Source: Mageeibacillus sp. UBA5442 (GTDB lineage Bacteria; Bacillota; Clostridia; Saccharofermentanales; DTU023). Taken from it: DNA of 38,345 bases. Location: assembly GCA_002427475.1 (NCBI GenBank), contig DIRG01000012.1:1-38345 (forward strand). The letters run 5' to 3'. Both the position numbers and the translations under genes were made by a program. The number at the start of each line of letters is the position of its first letter. Position 1 is the stretch's first letter. This document shows, one piece after another, positions 1-9,152 of the stretch. The notes under the pieces are model-generated. The model was given only the letters and a program-made list of their open reading frames with translations. It made no database searches and was not told where the DNA came from.

Positions 1-1290
1 GATGAGGTTAACATCTACTGTGAAGATGGGCTGATTGTCGACATCAGCACAAACACACATGAGGCAGATGAAGTTATTGATGGAACCGACATGCTCTGTT
101 TTCCAGGCTTTATTAACACTCATCATCACCTGTATCAGATTTTCAGCAGAAACCTACCTCAGACGCAAAACAAGGAACTCTTTGAATGGCTCCGGATTAA
201 CTACGAAATCTGGAAAAACTTAGACGAGGATACGGTGTATTTCTCATCCAAAGTGGGCATGGCGGAGCTGATGAAAAATGGTTGTACAACCGTCTCCGAC
301 CATCATTACGTTTTCCCGAAGGACACCGGGGATCTGATCGGTGCTCAAATCAGAGCTGCCGATGAGCTCGGCATTCGTACACACCTAACCCGCGGCAGCA
401 TGGATTTGTCGAAAAAGGACGGCGGTCTACCTCCCGATTCAGTAGTCCAGACTGTCGATGAAATCCTCAAAGACAGCGTCGAACTGGTAGAGAAATACCA
501 CGACCGTTCTTTCCAAGCCATGCATCGTCTAGCGCTGGCACCCTGCTCCCCCTTCTCCGTCTCTGACACCCTCTTGCGCGAAAGCGCCAAGCTGGCACGC
601 GAACTAGACGTCCGTCTTCACACCCATTTAGCCGAAACAAAAGACGAAGAAGATTATACTCTTGAGCATTTCAACATGAGACCTCTGGAATACATGCAGA
701 GTTTAGGCTGGGTCGGTGACGACGTTTGGTATGCCCACGGCATACATTTTAATACTGAAGAACTACAAGTTTTGGCCGATACAGGCACCGGAGTCTGCCA
801 CTGCCCGACATCAAACTTGAGTCTGTCTTCCGGAGTAGCCCGCATCCCCGAGATGATGGAATTGGATATTCCGGTCGGCTTGGGCGTCGACGGCTGCGCA
901 GCCAATAACGGGATGAGCATTTTAGAAGAAATTCGCAGCGGCTATCTCATGCATCGCTTAAATACGCCCGATAACGGCGTGTCTGGTTACGACATGCTCA
1001 AACTGGCCACAATGGGCGGCGCCAGAGTACTTGGTCGCGAGAAAGAAATCGGCTCAATAGAGCTCGGCAAATGCGCAGACTTGATTTTGCTTACGGTCAA
1101 CAGCCTAGATCTGGTAGGGGCTTACTATGATCCGATGTCCATTTTGGGCACAGTCGGCATCAAAAATCACGTCGACTATACCGTCGTCAATGGTAAGGTA
1201 ACGGTACGTGATGGCAAAGTGGTCGACATGGATGAAGACAAACTGATTGCCGATGCCAACCAAGAAGTCATTAGGTTCCTTGAAGCCTGA
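1..1290 (+). CDS. Amidohydrolase-superfamily deaminase (COG0402; 8-oxoguanine deaminase / chlorohydrolase-like), 5' end outside the window
   Basis: Frame 1 is open from base 1: DEVNIYCEDGLIVDIS precedes the first ATG at 91, so the N-terminus is cut by the window edge. Family metal-ligand motifs are present: FINTHHHLYQ, HTHLAET, GLGVDG. Confidence 0.8.
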   Translation, partial: DEVNIYCEDGLIVDISTNTHEADEVIDGTDMLCFPGFINTHHHLYQIFSRNLPQTQNKELFEWLRINYEIWKNLDEDTVYFSSKVGMAELMKNGCTTVSDHHYVFPKDTGDLIGAQIRAADELGIRTHLTRGSMDLSKKDGGLPPDSVVQTVDEILKDSVELVEKYHDRSFQAMHRLALAPCSPFSVSDTLLRESAKLARELDVRLHTHLAETKDEEDYTLEHFNMRPLEYMQSLGWVGDDVWYAHGIHFNTEELQVLADTGTGVCHCPTSNLSLSSGVARIPEMMELDIPVGLGVDGCAANNGMSILEEIRSGYLMHRLNTPDNGVSGYDMLKLATMGGARVLGREKEIGSIELGKCADLILLTVNSLDLVGAYYDPMSILGTVGIKNHVDYTVVNGKVTVRDGKVVDMDEDKLIADANQEVIRFLEA

Positions 1291-1342
1291 TACTAAACGA
1301 TGACAAAAGCTGATTTAAATTTACTTAGATGAAAGGATTCAC

Positions 1343-2158
1343 ATGTTAATAAATAAAGTTTCTGAGAGCATTGCTCACATTCGCACAGTTACAGATAGAA
1401 CGCCTGAACTGGCTTTGGTCTTAGGCAGCGGCCTCGCACCAATCGCAGAGAAATTGGAAAACAAAGTGATACTTCCCTACGAAGATATCCCGCATTTTCA
1501 AATGTCCAACGCCCCCGGCCATAAGAGCAGACTGATTTTCGGCGACCTAAACGGCGTCTCCATCCTCTGCATGCAAGGCAGGCAACATTACTACGAAGGC
1601 TACACAATGCAGGAGCTGACTTATCCGGTTAGAGTAATGGCGAAACTGGGAATAAAAAAGCTCATCTTAACCAACGCTTGTGGCGGACTTGACCCTGCAA
1701 TGGTCCCCGGAGATTTAATGCTGATCACGGACCATATTAACTTCATGGGAGACAATCCTCTAATTGGCGCTAATGAAGAAGATTTTGGCGAGCGTTTCCC
1801 CGACATGACTCAGGTTTATCACCCTGAGTTGCGTGCAATCGCTGAGAAGGCCGCGGACGATTTAGATATTGAGCTGAAGCAGGGTATCTACATCAGCTAT
1901 TCAGGTCCGAGCTTTGAAACTCCTGCCGAAATCCGCATGATGCAAAATTGGGGCGGCCACGTCGTAGGCATGTCCACCGTGCCGGAAGCGATCGTCGCAG
2001 CACACTCCGGCGTCAAGGTTCTCGGAATTTCCTGCATTACCAACCTGGCCGCAGGCATTCTTGATCAGCCTCTTTCATCAGATGAAGTCCTAGTGGCCGC
2101 AGGTGAGGCCAGCGGCAAGTTCGTGAATTTGCTTACTGAAATCGTCACCCGACTTTAA
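1343..2158 (+). CDS. punA: Purine nucleoside phosphorylase, trimeric PNP family (PunA type)
   Basis: 271 aa with motifs LTNACGGL and HVVGMSTVPE. An AAAGGA RBS lies upstream of the ATG. Confidence 0.9.
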   Translation: MLINKVSESIAHIRTVTDRTPELALVLGSGLAPIAEKLENKVILPYEDIPHFQMSNAPGHKSRLIFGDLNGVSILCMQGRQHYYEGYTMQELTYPVRVMAKLGIKKLILTNACGGLDPAMVPGDLMLITDHINFMGDNPLIGANEEDFGERFPDMTQVYHPELRAIAEKAADDLDIELKQGIYISYSGPSFETPAEIRMMQNWGGHVVGMSTVPEAIVAAHSGVKVLGISCITNLAAGILDQPLSSDEVLVAAGEASGKFVNLLTEIVTRL

Positions 2159-2191
2159 TAGGGACCGACAGTCGTTTACGCTTATATCATG

Positions 2192-2222
2192 TGTAGCTCA
2201 GTTTTTTATAAATTGAGCTACA
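2192..2222. terminator. 9-bp hairpin between convergent punA and the Crp/Fnr gene; weak or atypical terminator
   Basis: TGTAGCTCA (2192-2200) pairs with TGAGCTACA (2214-2222) across a 13-nt T-rich loop. The right arm overlaps the regulator stop codon. No U-tract follows on either strand. Confidence 0.25.
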
Positions 2223-2817
2223 TATCCAAGCGGATCGATCCGCCCGACACGACGATGAGCTTTTTGCTTTGGAGTTCTGCTAATGAACGATTGAGGCTGC
2301 GGATAGACACCCCAGCCATCTCTGCAAGCACATTCTTGCTGTAGAGGAAATGACCTTTTTCATCCAAATTATCCTGAATTAAGCGGAAGACCTTTTCACG
2401 CAGAAACATGAATTCTGCGTTAATTTTGGAGTCTCCGGACTGCAAGAGCCTTTCGCAAAGAGCACGTAAGATGTGCAGGCTGAAAGCAGAGCAGTCTTCG
2501 TACAAGTCCATAAATTGCTCTTTTGTGATTTTATACAATTCACAATCAGTGAGAGCGATGATGGAGCGATCATAGTAGGACAGTCCGAGCATCTCCATTT
2601 CTCCAAAAAAATCATTAGCATGAAAAATATCTAAAATGATCGCCTTTGTGTTAGCTTCTTCGTATATGAGCTTAGCGACACCTTTTTTTAAAACATAAAA
2701 GTACTGAGCGGGGTGGATGGTGGTCGTAATGGCTTCCCCTTGCTTCACACTAAGTTCAGTGTAATCTGGACAATAGCGGAGTATTAAGTCAGACAGTGTC
2801 AGTTCTCTTTGCTTCAT
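2218..2817 (-). CDS. Crp/Fnr-family transcriptional regulator
   Basis: 199 aa with an N-terminal cNMP-binding-type barrel (FFGEMEML) and a C-terminal HTH (VLAEMAGVSIRSLNRSLAEL). No Fnr-type N-terminal cysteine cluster is present. Confidence 0.85.
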   Translation of the reverse strand: MKQRELTLSDLILRYCPDYTELSVKQGEAITTTIHPAQYFYVLKKGVAKLIYEEANTKAIILDIFHANDFFGEMEMLGLSYYDRSIIALTDCELYKITKEQFMDLYEDCSAFSLHILRALCERLLQSGDSKINAEFMFLREKVFRLIQDNLDEKGHFLYSKNVLAEMAGVSIRSLNRSLAELQSKKLIVVSGGSIRLDM

Positions 2818-2997
2818 TGGCGCCTCCTTCTTAATGATTGTTTAAGAATATGCATTTTAGCTTATAAATATATCCTAGTTCATAAAAAAACTATTATCAA
2901 TTTTCCAGAGAACCCTCCATAGAGCGACCCCAGAAGATATCCCGAATTTGCAGAATTACATTTGTGCTTATTGTCCAAAAAACAAGTTTAGAAATGT

Positions 2998-3009
2998 GGA
3001 CAATTGTCC
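2998..3009. promoter_or_regulatory. Perfect 12-bp palindrome GGACAATTGTCC; candidate regulator binding site
   Basis: The sequence is self-complementary when read directly. An extra half-site TTGTCC lies at 2971-2976. The palindrome abuts the candidate -35 at 3010. Confidence 0.3.
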
Positions 3010-3038
3010 TTCAAAAAACAATTCCTCCACTCTATATT
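3010..3038 (+). promoter_or_regulatory. Candidate sigma-A promoter of the binding-protein gene (TTCAAA-17-TATATT)
   Basis: TTCAAA at 3010-3015, a 17-nt spacer, TATATT at 3033-3038. It lies about 40 nt upstream of the ATG at 3080. Confidence 0.35.
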
Positions 3039-3079
3039 TAAGAAGGAACATTAGATATAAGTGCGTTATAGGAGGAAAC

Positions 3080-4231
3080 ATGAAAAGATCGACTAAGATT
3101 TTAAGCGTATTAATGAGTCTGGTTCTTTTGTTTAGCATTGCGGCCTGCTCGAACGAGCCGACCACACCGACACAAGTGCCGGAGACTCCCGTAGAGACTG
3201 TTCTAACAACAGAAGATGCTGAGAAAACAGAAAAACCAAGTGAGACAACTGAACCTGTAGAGGAAGAAATGGAGCAGCGAATTGTTTGCCTAGCTCCAAG
3301 CATGGTCGAGATAGTATATGCTCTCGGCTATGGAGATTCTATAGTTGGCTGGTCTGCTTATACGGACTATCCCGTAGCGGCTACCGAGCGCGATGGCTGG
3401 GTCAGCTACCATTATTATGAAAACATAGAAACAACAGATTTTGATCTGGAAGAAGAACTCAATAAAGATGTCGCAGTAGTATCAAAGTATTACGATTACA
3501 ACGAAGAGTTAATAGAGATCCTTGAGCCGACACTAGTTTTAGGCGAAGGTAGCGACCAAGCAGCAATGGTCGATGAGCTACAAAGCAAGGATTACAATGC
3601 GATTAATTTCCAATGCACAAGTATTGAAGACATTTATGAAATGATGCTGGAGGTAGGCGCGGCAGTCGGTGCTGAAGATACGGCTGAAGAACTTGTGGAA
3701 AGCTATAAGATCAGGATAGCTGAAATCAGTGCCATCACCTCAGAACTTGAACCTGTTGATGTTTATTTTGAGATAGGTCATCAGTTCGATTTTGGCGAGT
3801 ACGGAATCTTCGGCCCATATACTGAGGGCAGCAATACACCCTTAGATGAGATGATCAAGATTGCTGGTGGCAATAATATCTTTGACGACTTAGAAGGTTA
3901 TGTAGAAGTTGCTTTCGAAGATATAGCTGAGCGAAATCCGGGTGTCATCATGACCCCTTACTGGCCGAGTGCCGGTGAGCACGAAGTGACTACCCTCTAT
4001 GAGATTTTTACAAGACCGGGTTTTGAGACGACTGACGCTGTCGAAAACGGTAGAGTTTACTATTACGATTCGAGCCTGATGAAGCGTTTTGGCCCACGCA
4101 CAGTTACAGCCATAGAGAAATTTGCCTATTTGTTACACCCTTACTACTTTGATAACCCCGACAATTCAGTTTCTCCATGGGAGCTGGGCAAGATCGATGT
4201 CTACGAGTTCCCCGAGCGTCCCCTTGACTAA
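3080..4231 (+). CDS. Class III (BtuF/FhuD/HemT-like) ABC substrate-binding lipoprotein, with no cognate permease or ATPase adjacent
   Basis: Lipoprotein signal MKRSTKILSVLMSLVLLFSIAAC, preceded by GGAGGA at 3071-3076. The core RIVCLAPSMVEIVYALGYGDSIVGWSAYTDYP is typical of the family. I place the start at ATG 3080 rather than the track's TTG at 2948. Confidence 0.8.
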   Translation: MKRSTKILSVLMSLVLLFSIAACSNEPTTPTQVPETPVETVLTTEDAEKTEKPSETTEPVEEEMEQRIVCLAPSMVEIVYALGYGDSIVGWSAYTDYPVAATERDGWVSYHYYENIETTDFDLEEELNKDVAVVSKYYDYNEELIEILEPTLVLGEGSDQAAMVDELQSKDYNAINFQCTSIEDIYEMMLEVGAAVGAEDTAEELVESYKIRIAEISAITSELEPVDVYFEIGHQFDFGEYGIFGPYTEGSNTPLDEMIKIAGGNNIFDDLEGYVEVAFEDIAERNPGVIMTPYWPSAGEHEVTTLYEIFTRPGFETTDAVENGRVYYYDSSLMKRFGPRTVTAIEKFAYLLHPYYFDNPDNSVSPWELGKIDVYEFPERPLD

Positions 4232-4276
4232 AGAGCCTTAGATGCGGGCATTACGTTAGAGATGGCGAACTAAGAT

Positions 4277-4315
4277 GGTGGCAAATACCTGAGCCCATTC
4301 ACGGGTTTTGCCACC
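4277..4315 (+). terminator. Hairpin after the binding-protein gene; possible terminator
   Basis: GGTGGCAAA (4277-4285) pairs with TTTGCCACC (4307-4315) across a 21-nt loop. Only a weak T-rich tail follows. Confidence 0.35.
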
Positions 4316-4356
4316 GTATTTCGAGTGCTGAAGAAATATTTTACAACAATGCTTAT

Positions 4357-4385
4357 TTGCATTAAGATAGGTCTTCTAGTATAAA
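4357..4385 (+). promoter_or_regulatory. Candidate sigma-A promoter of nucleoside transporter operon 1 (TTGCAT-17-TATAAA)
   Basis: TTGCAT at 4357-4362, an exact 17-nt spacer, TATAAA at 4380-4385. It lies about 80 nt upstream of the ATG at 4466. Confidence 0.5.
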
Positions 4386-4465
4386 TGTAGAGTGTGCATA
4401 AGTCGGAAACAGCACTCATTAGCACTCAACAATTTATTAAGTAAACAATTACTTAGGAGGAAAAA

Positions 4466-5668
4466 ATGAAAAGATTTAAAACAATCTTAGCCTTAATGCT
4501 GGCTCTAGTAATGGTTTTTTCAGTCGTAGCTTGTAATGGCGACGATGAAACACCAGTTACAGATCCGGATAGAACAGAAGGCGTAGATGAGCCAACTGAG
4601 CCAGTAGATGAGCCAACGGATCCCGTCGATGAACCTGACGGAGAAGAAGGACTGCACGTCGGTATTCTGACAACTTCAGGCATTGATGACGGTTCATTCG
4701 GTCAAGCCTGCTACGAAGGAATCTTGGAATATGTGGCTGCTAACGAAGGCGCCTCAGTCAATGATGTAAAAGAAGACGATATCGGCAGAGTCGTACAGGC
4801 CACAGCAGACATCCTCGCTGACTACGATGCGATGGTTATGCCTGGCTTCCAGTTTGCACCAGTCGGGCCGGTTGTTGCCGATAACCCCGACAAATTCTTC
4901 ATCTTGGTAGACTCATTCCCGACAATCGAGGACGAGGAAGTCGAATTAGACAACATCTTCGCGATGATGTTTAAAGAAGAAGAATCAGGGTTTTTCGCAG
5001 GTATTGCAGCAGCAATGCAGACAGAGTCAAACAAGGTTGCAGTTGTAAACGGAATTGCTTTCCCGTCCAACGTTAACTATCAGTTTGGTTTCATGTCAGG
5101 TGTTGAGTATGCAAATGCACACTACGGAACATCAGTTGAAGTAGTCGAACTGCCTGCTTATGCCGGTGTTGACGTAACAGGCGCTGACGTCGGTGGTAAC
5201 TACGCCGGTGACTTCGCGGATCAAGCCAGAGGCAAACTCATTGGTGAAGCTTTGCTGGCTGAAGGCGTTGACATCATCTTTGTCGCCGCTGGCGATACAG
5301 GTAATGGCGTTTTCGCCGCTGTTAAAGAAGCAGACGAAGGCAACTATGTCATTGGCTGCGACGTTGACCAGTATGACGACGGTGAGGCCGGAGGTAGAAA
5401 CATTATTTTGACCTCAGCTTTGAAAAACATGACCGCCGTAGTAGCTGAACAGCTGCAAAAAGCCCACGATGGCACCTTTGTTGGCCAGAACGCCCTGCTC
5501 GGTGCTGCAGAGGGTGGTACAGGATACGTCAGTGCAGATGGCAGACATCAGTTGACTGACGAAACATTGGAAAAATTAGCAGAAGTCTACACCTTGGTTG
5601 AAGACGGTACGATCGTTCCTGCTTCAAACTTTAACGGACATACTCCGGACAATTTCCCCGGACTCTAG
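4466..5668 (+). CDS. BMP-family (PnrA/NupN/Med-like) nucleoside-binding ABC lipoprotein, system 1
   Basis: Signal plus lipobox MVFSVVAC. BMP-type core GILTTSGIDDGSFGQACYEGI and MMFKEEESGFFAGIAAA. RBS AGGAGG at 4455-4460. Confidence 0.85.
   Translation: MKRFKTILALMLALVMVFSVVACNGDDETPVTDPDRTEGVDEPTEPVDEPTDPVDEPDGEEGLHVGILTTSGIDDGSFGQACYEGILEYVAANEGASVNDVKEDDIGRVVQATADILADYDAMVMPGFQFAPVGPVVADNPDKFFILVDSFPTIEDEEVELDNIFAMMFKEEESGFFAGIAAAMQTESNKVAVVNGIAFPSNVNYQFGFMSGVEYANAHYGTSVEVVELPAYAGVDVTGADVGGNYAGDFADQARGKLIGEALLAEGVDIIFVAAGDTGNGVFAAVKEADEGNYVIGCDVDQYDDGEAGGRNIILTSALKNMTAVVAEQLQKAHDGTFVGQNALLGAAEGGTGYVSADGRHQLTDETLEKLAEVYTLVEDGTIVPASNFNGHTPDNFPGL
4583..4645 (+). repeat. Three in-frame 21-bp tandem repeats in the lipoprotein linker (VDEPTEP / VDEPTDP / VDEPDGE)
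   Basis: GTAGATGAGCCAACTGAGCCA, GTAGATGAGCCAACGGATCCC and GTCGATGAACCTGACGGAGAA, read directly from the sequence. Confidence 0.8.
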
Positions 5669-5686
5669 TTTTTTGTAATTAACCAA

Positions 5687-5716
5687 TGAGGGCAGCTTTG
5701 CTGCCCTCATTTATTT
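5687..5716 (+). terminator. Rho-independent terminator or attenuator between the binding-protein gene and deoD
   Basis: Perfect 10-bp stem TGAGGGCAGC (5687-5696) / GCTGCCCTCA (5700-5709) with a 3-nt loop, followed by TTTATTT. Confidence 0.75.
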
Positions 5717-5730
5717 AAAGGAGATAAATT

Positions 5731-6459
5731 GTGAGAACAACAACACCAACCCCATCCAATGGAGCAGTAAAAGGCGATTACGCTCGTGTAGTTTTAATGC
5801 CTGGGGACCCTTTGCGGGCCCAATTTATTGCCGAGACCTATTTGGAGAATCCGAAACTTATTAACAGCGTTCGCAACATGCTCGCTTACACAGGAGAATA
5901 CAAAGGGCGCGAAATTTCGGTAATGGGGAGTGGAATGGGAGTGCCTTCCTTTAGCCTTTATGCGGCTGAACTCTTTCAATTCTATGGTGTAGAAGCAATC
6001 ATTAGGGTAGGCTCTGCGGGCGGCACGATGGATCAAGTTAAGCTTCGGGATATAGTTATCGCCACATCAGCTTCCACTGATTCCGTTTACGCCAGACCTA
6101 TGAATTTCCCCGGTACTTTAGCTCCTTCAGCTGACTATGAACTGCTGTCACAAGCGGTCGCTGCAGCTGAAAAAATGGGCGTCAAGCCTCACGTGGGCAG
6201 GATTTTTACCTCTGATTATTTTTATCCCCTGTATAACACTCACGAGATCTTGCGGGATACAGGACATCTTTGTACTGAGATGGAGACTGCAGGTTTATAT
6301 CTAACTGCCCAACGCTACAACAAAAAAGCACTTAGCATTCTGACAATATCTGATCATCTCTTTACCAAAGGCGAGCTTAGTCTGGAAGATCGTCAAAGTA
6401 GTTTCAATGAAATGATCGAGATTGCCTTAGAAACGGCTTGGCTAAATGCTAGCAGATAA
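5731..6459 (+). CDS. deoD: Purine nucleoside phosphorylase, hexameric DeoD type
   Basis: GTG start with an AAAGGAG RBS. Motifs VLMPGDPLRA, GSGMGVPSFSLYAAEL, TEMETAGLY. Confidence 0.9.
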   Translation: MRTTTPTPSNGAVKGDYARVVLMPGDPLRAQFIAETYLENPKLINSVRNMLAYTGEYKGREISVMGSGMGVPSFSLYAAELFQFYGVEAIIRVGSAGGTMDQVKLRDIVIATSASTDSVYARPMNFPGTLAPSADYELLSQAVAAAEKMGVKPHVGRIFTSDYFYPLYNTHEILRDTGHLCTEMETAGLYLTAQRYNKKALSILTISDHLFTKGELSLEDRQSSFNEMIEIALETAWLNASR

Positions 6460-6481
6460 CAGTTAACTTAAAGGAGGCAAT

Positions 6482-8008
6482 ATGGCAGAGACAATTGTCG
6501 AACTGAGGAATATTACCAAAGCATTCCCCGGTGTTATTGCGAATGACAATATCTCTTTGGAAATCAATAAAGGAGAAATTTTCGCGCTTTTAGGCGAAAA
6601 CGGTGCCGGCAAATCAACCTTAATGAGTATTCTCTTTGGTATGTACGAGCCTGAAGAAGGCGAAATCTACGTACGGGGAGAAAAAGTTAATTTAAGCTCC
6701 TCTAAAGATGCGACGGCACTCAATATCGGAATGGTGCACCAACACTTTAAACTGGTTTCGAACTACACCATTACCGAGAATATCGTTTTGGGAGATGAAC
6801 CCGTCAAGCATGTCGGCCCCTTTTCCTGGGTCGATCTGAAGGGGGCTTCCGAGAAGATCCGAGCCCTGTCTTTGGACTACGGTCTGGAAGTAAATCCCGA
6901 TGACAAAATTGAGGACATTCCCGTTTCCACCCAACAGCGCGTAGAAATATTAAAAATGCTATACCGAGATGCGGAGATTCTTATCTTTGACGAACCGACC
7001 TCGGTTTTAACACCGCAAGAAATTGAATACCTTCTGGAGATCATGGAAGAGCTCCGACGGAGCGGCAAAACCATCATCCTTATTACTCACAAACTGGAAG
7101 AAATCAAACAGGTCGCAGACCGCTGTGCCATTCTCCTGCGGGGGAAATTGGTCGGAGTCTACGATGTTGCGGAAACAAGCACCCAGCAGATGGCCAATTT
7201 AATGGTGGGTAAGGAAATCGATTTCGAGATTCAGAAAGACGAGCAAAAATCCGGCGACATAGTGTTGGAGACAAATGGCATGACAGTCTTCGACGATCGC
7301 GGAGTTAAGGCTGTAGATGATGTTTCCCTACAAATAAGAGAGGGAGAGATACTTGCTATTGCGGGTGTATCCGGTAACGGCCAAACAGAAATTGCGGATG
7401 CCATTGCCGGTCTTATGGATTTAACTGAAGGCTCAATTTTCTTGCACGGCCAAGAAATAACGAAGCTCAGTATTAAAGAACGGATTAATAGCGGCATTTC
7501 CTATATCCCGGAAGACCGCCAAAGAGATGGCCTAATTATGGATTTAAGCCTTTCCAGCAATTTGGCAATCAAGACTTTTGACAAGAAACCTTTTGCCAAA
7601 CGCGGCATTTTGCAAGAAAAAGCCTTTGACAAGCATGCTGAACAGCTGATAGAAGAGTATGACATTCGTAGTGGACAAGGCGCTGATACGATTACCCGTT
7701 CCATGAGCGGCGGCAATCAGCAGAAAGCGATTGTTGCTCGTGAGATTGAGCTGGAGTCGGATTTGATGATATTTGTGCAACCGACCAGAGGTCTGGACGT
7801 TGGCGCTATCAACAATATCCATCGGCAGATCTTGGAAGAGAGGGAAAAAGGCAAAGCCATTCTCCTTGTTTCCTTGGAGTTAGATGAAGTAATGGCCTTA
7901 GCAGATACCATCGCGGTCATCTTCCGCGGGAAAATAATTAAGACCGATCAGGCAGCCAAGCTTTCGAAAGAGGAAGTTGGGCAATACATGATGGGGGTGA
8001 CACAATGA
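6482..8008 (+). CDS. Nucleoside/sugar ABC transporter ATP-binding protein with duplicated ATPase domains (NupO/RbsA-like), system 1
   Basis: Walker A GENGAGKST, Walker B ILIFDEPT. The second domain carries MSGGNQQKAIVARE. Confidence 0.9.
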   Translation: MAETIVELRNITKAFPGVIANDNISLEINKGEIFALLGENGAGKSTLMSILFGMYEPEEGEIYVRGEKVNLSSSKDATALNIGMVHQHFKLVSNYTITENIVLGDEPVKHVGPFSWVDLKGASEKIRALSLDYGLEVNPDDKIEDIPVSTQQRVEILKMLYRDAEILIFDEPTSVLTPQEIEYLLEIMEELRRSGKTIILITHKLEEIKQVADRCAILLRGKLVGVYDVAETSTQQMANLMVGKEIDFEIQKDEQKSGDIVLETNGMTVFDDRGVKAVDDVSLQIREGEILAIAGVSGNGQTEIADAIAGLMDLTEGSIFLHGQEITKLSIKERINSGISYIPEDRQRDGLIMDLSLSSNLAIKTFDKKPFAKRGILQEKAFDKHAEQLIEEYDIRSGQGADTITRSMSGGNQQKAIVAREIELESDLMIFVQPTRGLDVGAINNIHRQILEEREKGKAILLVSLELDEVMALADTIAVIFRGKIIKTDQAAKLSKEEVGQYMMGVTQ

Positions 8009-9150
8009 GAGCTCGACAAAAACTAAGATCATTACTCTCGCCAATACTGATACCGTTCATCTCGATCGCATTAACGCTCATTGTGGCCACGGTGATCGTG
8101 CTCTTGCTGGGCAAAAACCCACTTGATGTATTCTTAGGTTTCCTCAGAGGTTCAGGCCTAGCGCTGAAACCCCGCTATGGCGGTGGCCAAGGCCTATTGA
8201 CAGATCTATTCTCATATCTGGCCATCCTCACGCCCATGATTTTCGGCTCGCTGGCCGTCATGACCGGTATGCGTGCGGGGCTCTTTAATATAGGTGTTGC
8301 GGGACAGATGCTTTTCCCCGCCTTCTTGGCGACAGTCTTAGTCGGCTATTCCGATTTGCCTACAGTCATCGCTTGGCCCCTGATTATCGTCATAGCACTT
8401 GTAGTCGGTTCGGCGATGGGAGCCTTTATCGGTTTCTTAAAACACCGCTTCAACATCCACGAAGTAGTTACTTCAATTATGTTGAACTACATCGTCAGCT
8501 ATATAACCGGCTTTTTCATTAACACAAACTACGTTGATCCTTTGACACGAAATTCCCGTCCTGTGAACGCAGCCACGCGTTTGATTATCTCGTCTTCTAC
8601 GGGTGAAGGCGGAGATCTTGTCAGGTTCGACATCCCCGTGGGCTTGATCTTAGCGGTTATTGTAGTTTTCATAATGCGCTATATCCTGGATCGGACCACA
8701 GTGGGCTTCCGCATCAATGCGGTGGGCTTGAACAAATATGCCGCTCGTTATGCCGGAATCAATGTCGGCAGAAACGTTGTGCTTGCCATGGCAATTTCCG
8801 GCGCTTTGGCCGGACTGGCAGGCGTCACCTACTATCTCGGCTTTACCAACAACATGGTGCCGAAGCAATTAGCAGGTCTGGGTTATGACTCGATTGCTGT
8901 CGCAGTTCTAGGAAACATAAGTCCGATTGGTAGCCTTTTTGCCTCAATATTAGTCACGATTTTCCAAAAGGGGAGCATTTACATGGGTTCAAACGTCGGT
9001 GTGCCCCAAGAGATTGCCTCATTTATCACCGGTGTCTTGTTGATGTTCTCTGCCAGTGGCGAATACATCGGCATGAAGATCCAAAACATCAAGAGAAGAT
9101 GGCGTGTGCATCGAGGCGATGCTTCTGAATTAGAAATGATGGAGGAATAA
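8005..9150 (+). CDS. ABC transporter permease (NupP/YufP-like), system 1
   Basis: Polytopic membrane protein. Its ATG overlaps the upstream stop (ATGA), and its position matches BMP-type operons. Confidence 0.85.
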   Translation: MRARQKLRSLLSPILIPFISIALTLIVATVIVLLLGKNPLDVFLGFLRGSGLALKPRYGGGQGLLTDLFSYLAILTPMIFGSLAVMTGMRAGLFNIGVAGQMLFPAFLATVLVGYSDLPTVIAWPLIIVIALVVGSAMGAFIGFLKHRFNIHEVVTSIMLNYIVSYITGFFINTNYVDPLTRNSRPVNAATRLIISSSTGEGGDLVRFDIPVGLILAVIVVFIMRYILDRTTVGFRINAVGLNKYAARYAGINVGRNVVLAMAISGALAGLAGVTYYLGFTNNMVPKQLAGLGYDSIAVAVLGNISPIGSLFASILVTIFQKGSIYMGSNVGVPQEIASFITGVLLMFSASGEYIGMKIQNIKRRWRVHRGDASELEMMEE

Positions 9151-9152
9151 CC

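Noticed and set aside
2948-3079. Longer N-terminal extensions offered by the ORF track (TTG 2948, and likewise 17860, 28130, 24521 and 34941)
   Set aside because: In each case an internal ATG is preceded by a much better RBS. For the lipoproteins it also starts a canonical signal peptide. The extensions are Cys/Arg-rich or overlap the upstream gene.
4453-4683. 76-aa minus-strand Ser/Gly/Thr-rich ORF
   Set aside because: It is the antisense reading of the acidic tandem-repeat linker of the BMP lipoprotein, so it is a compositional artefact.
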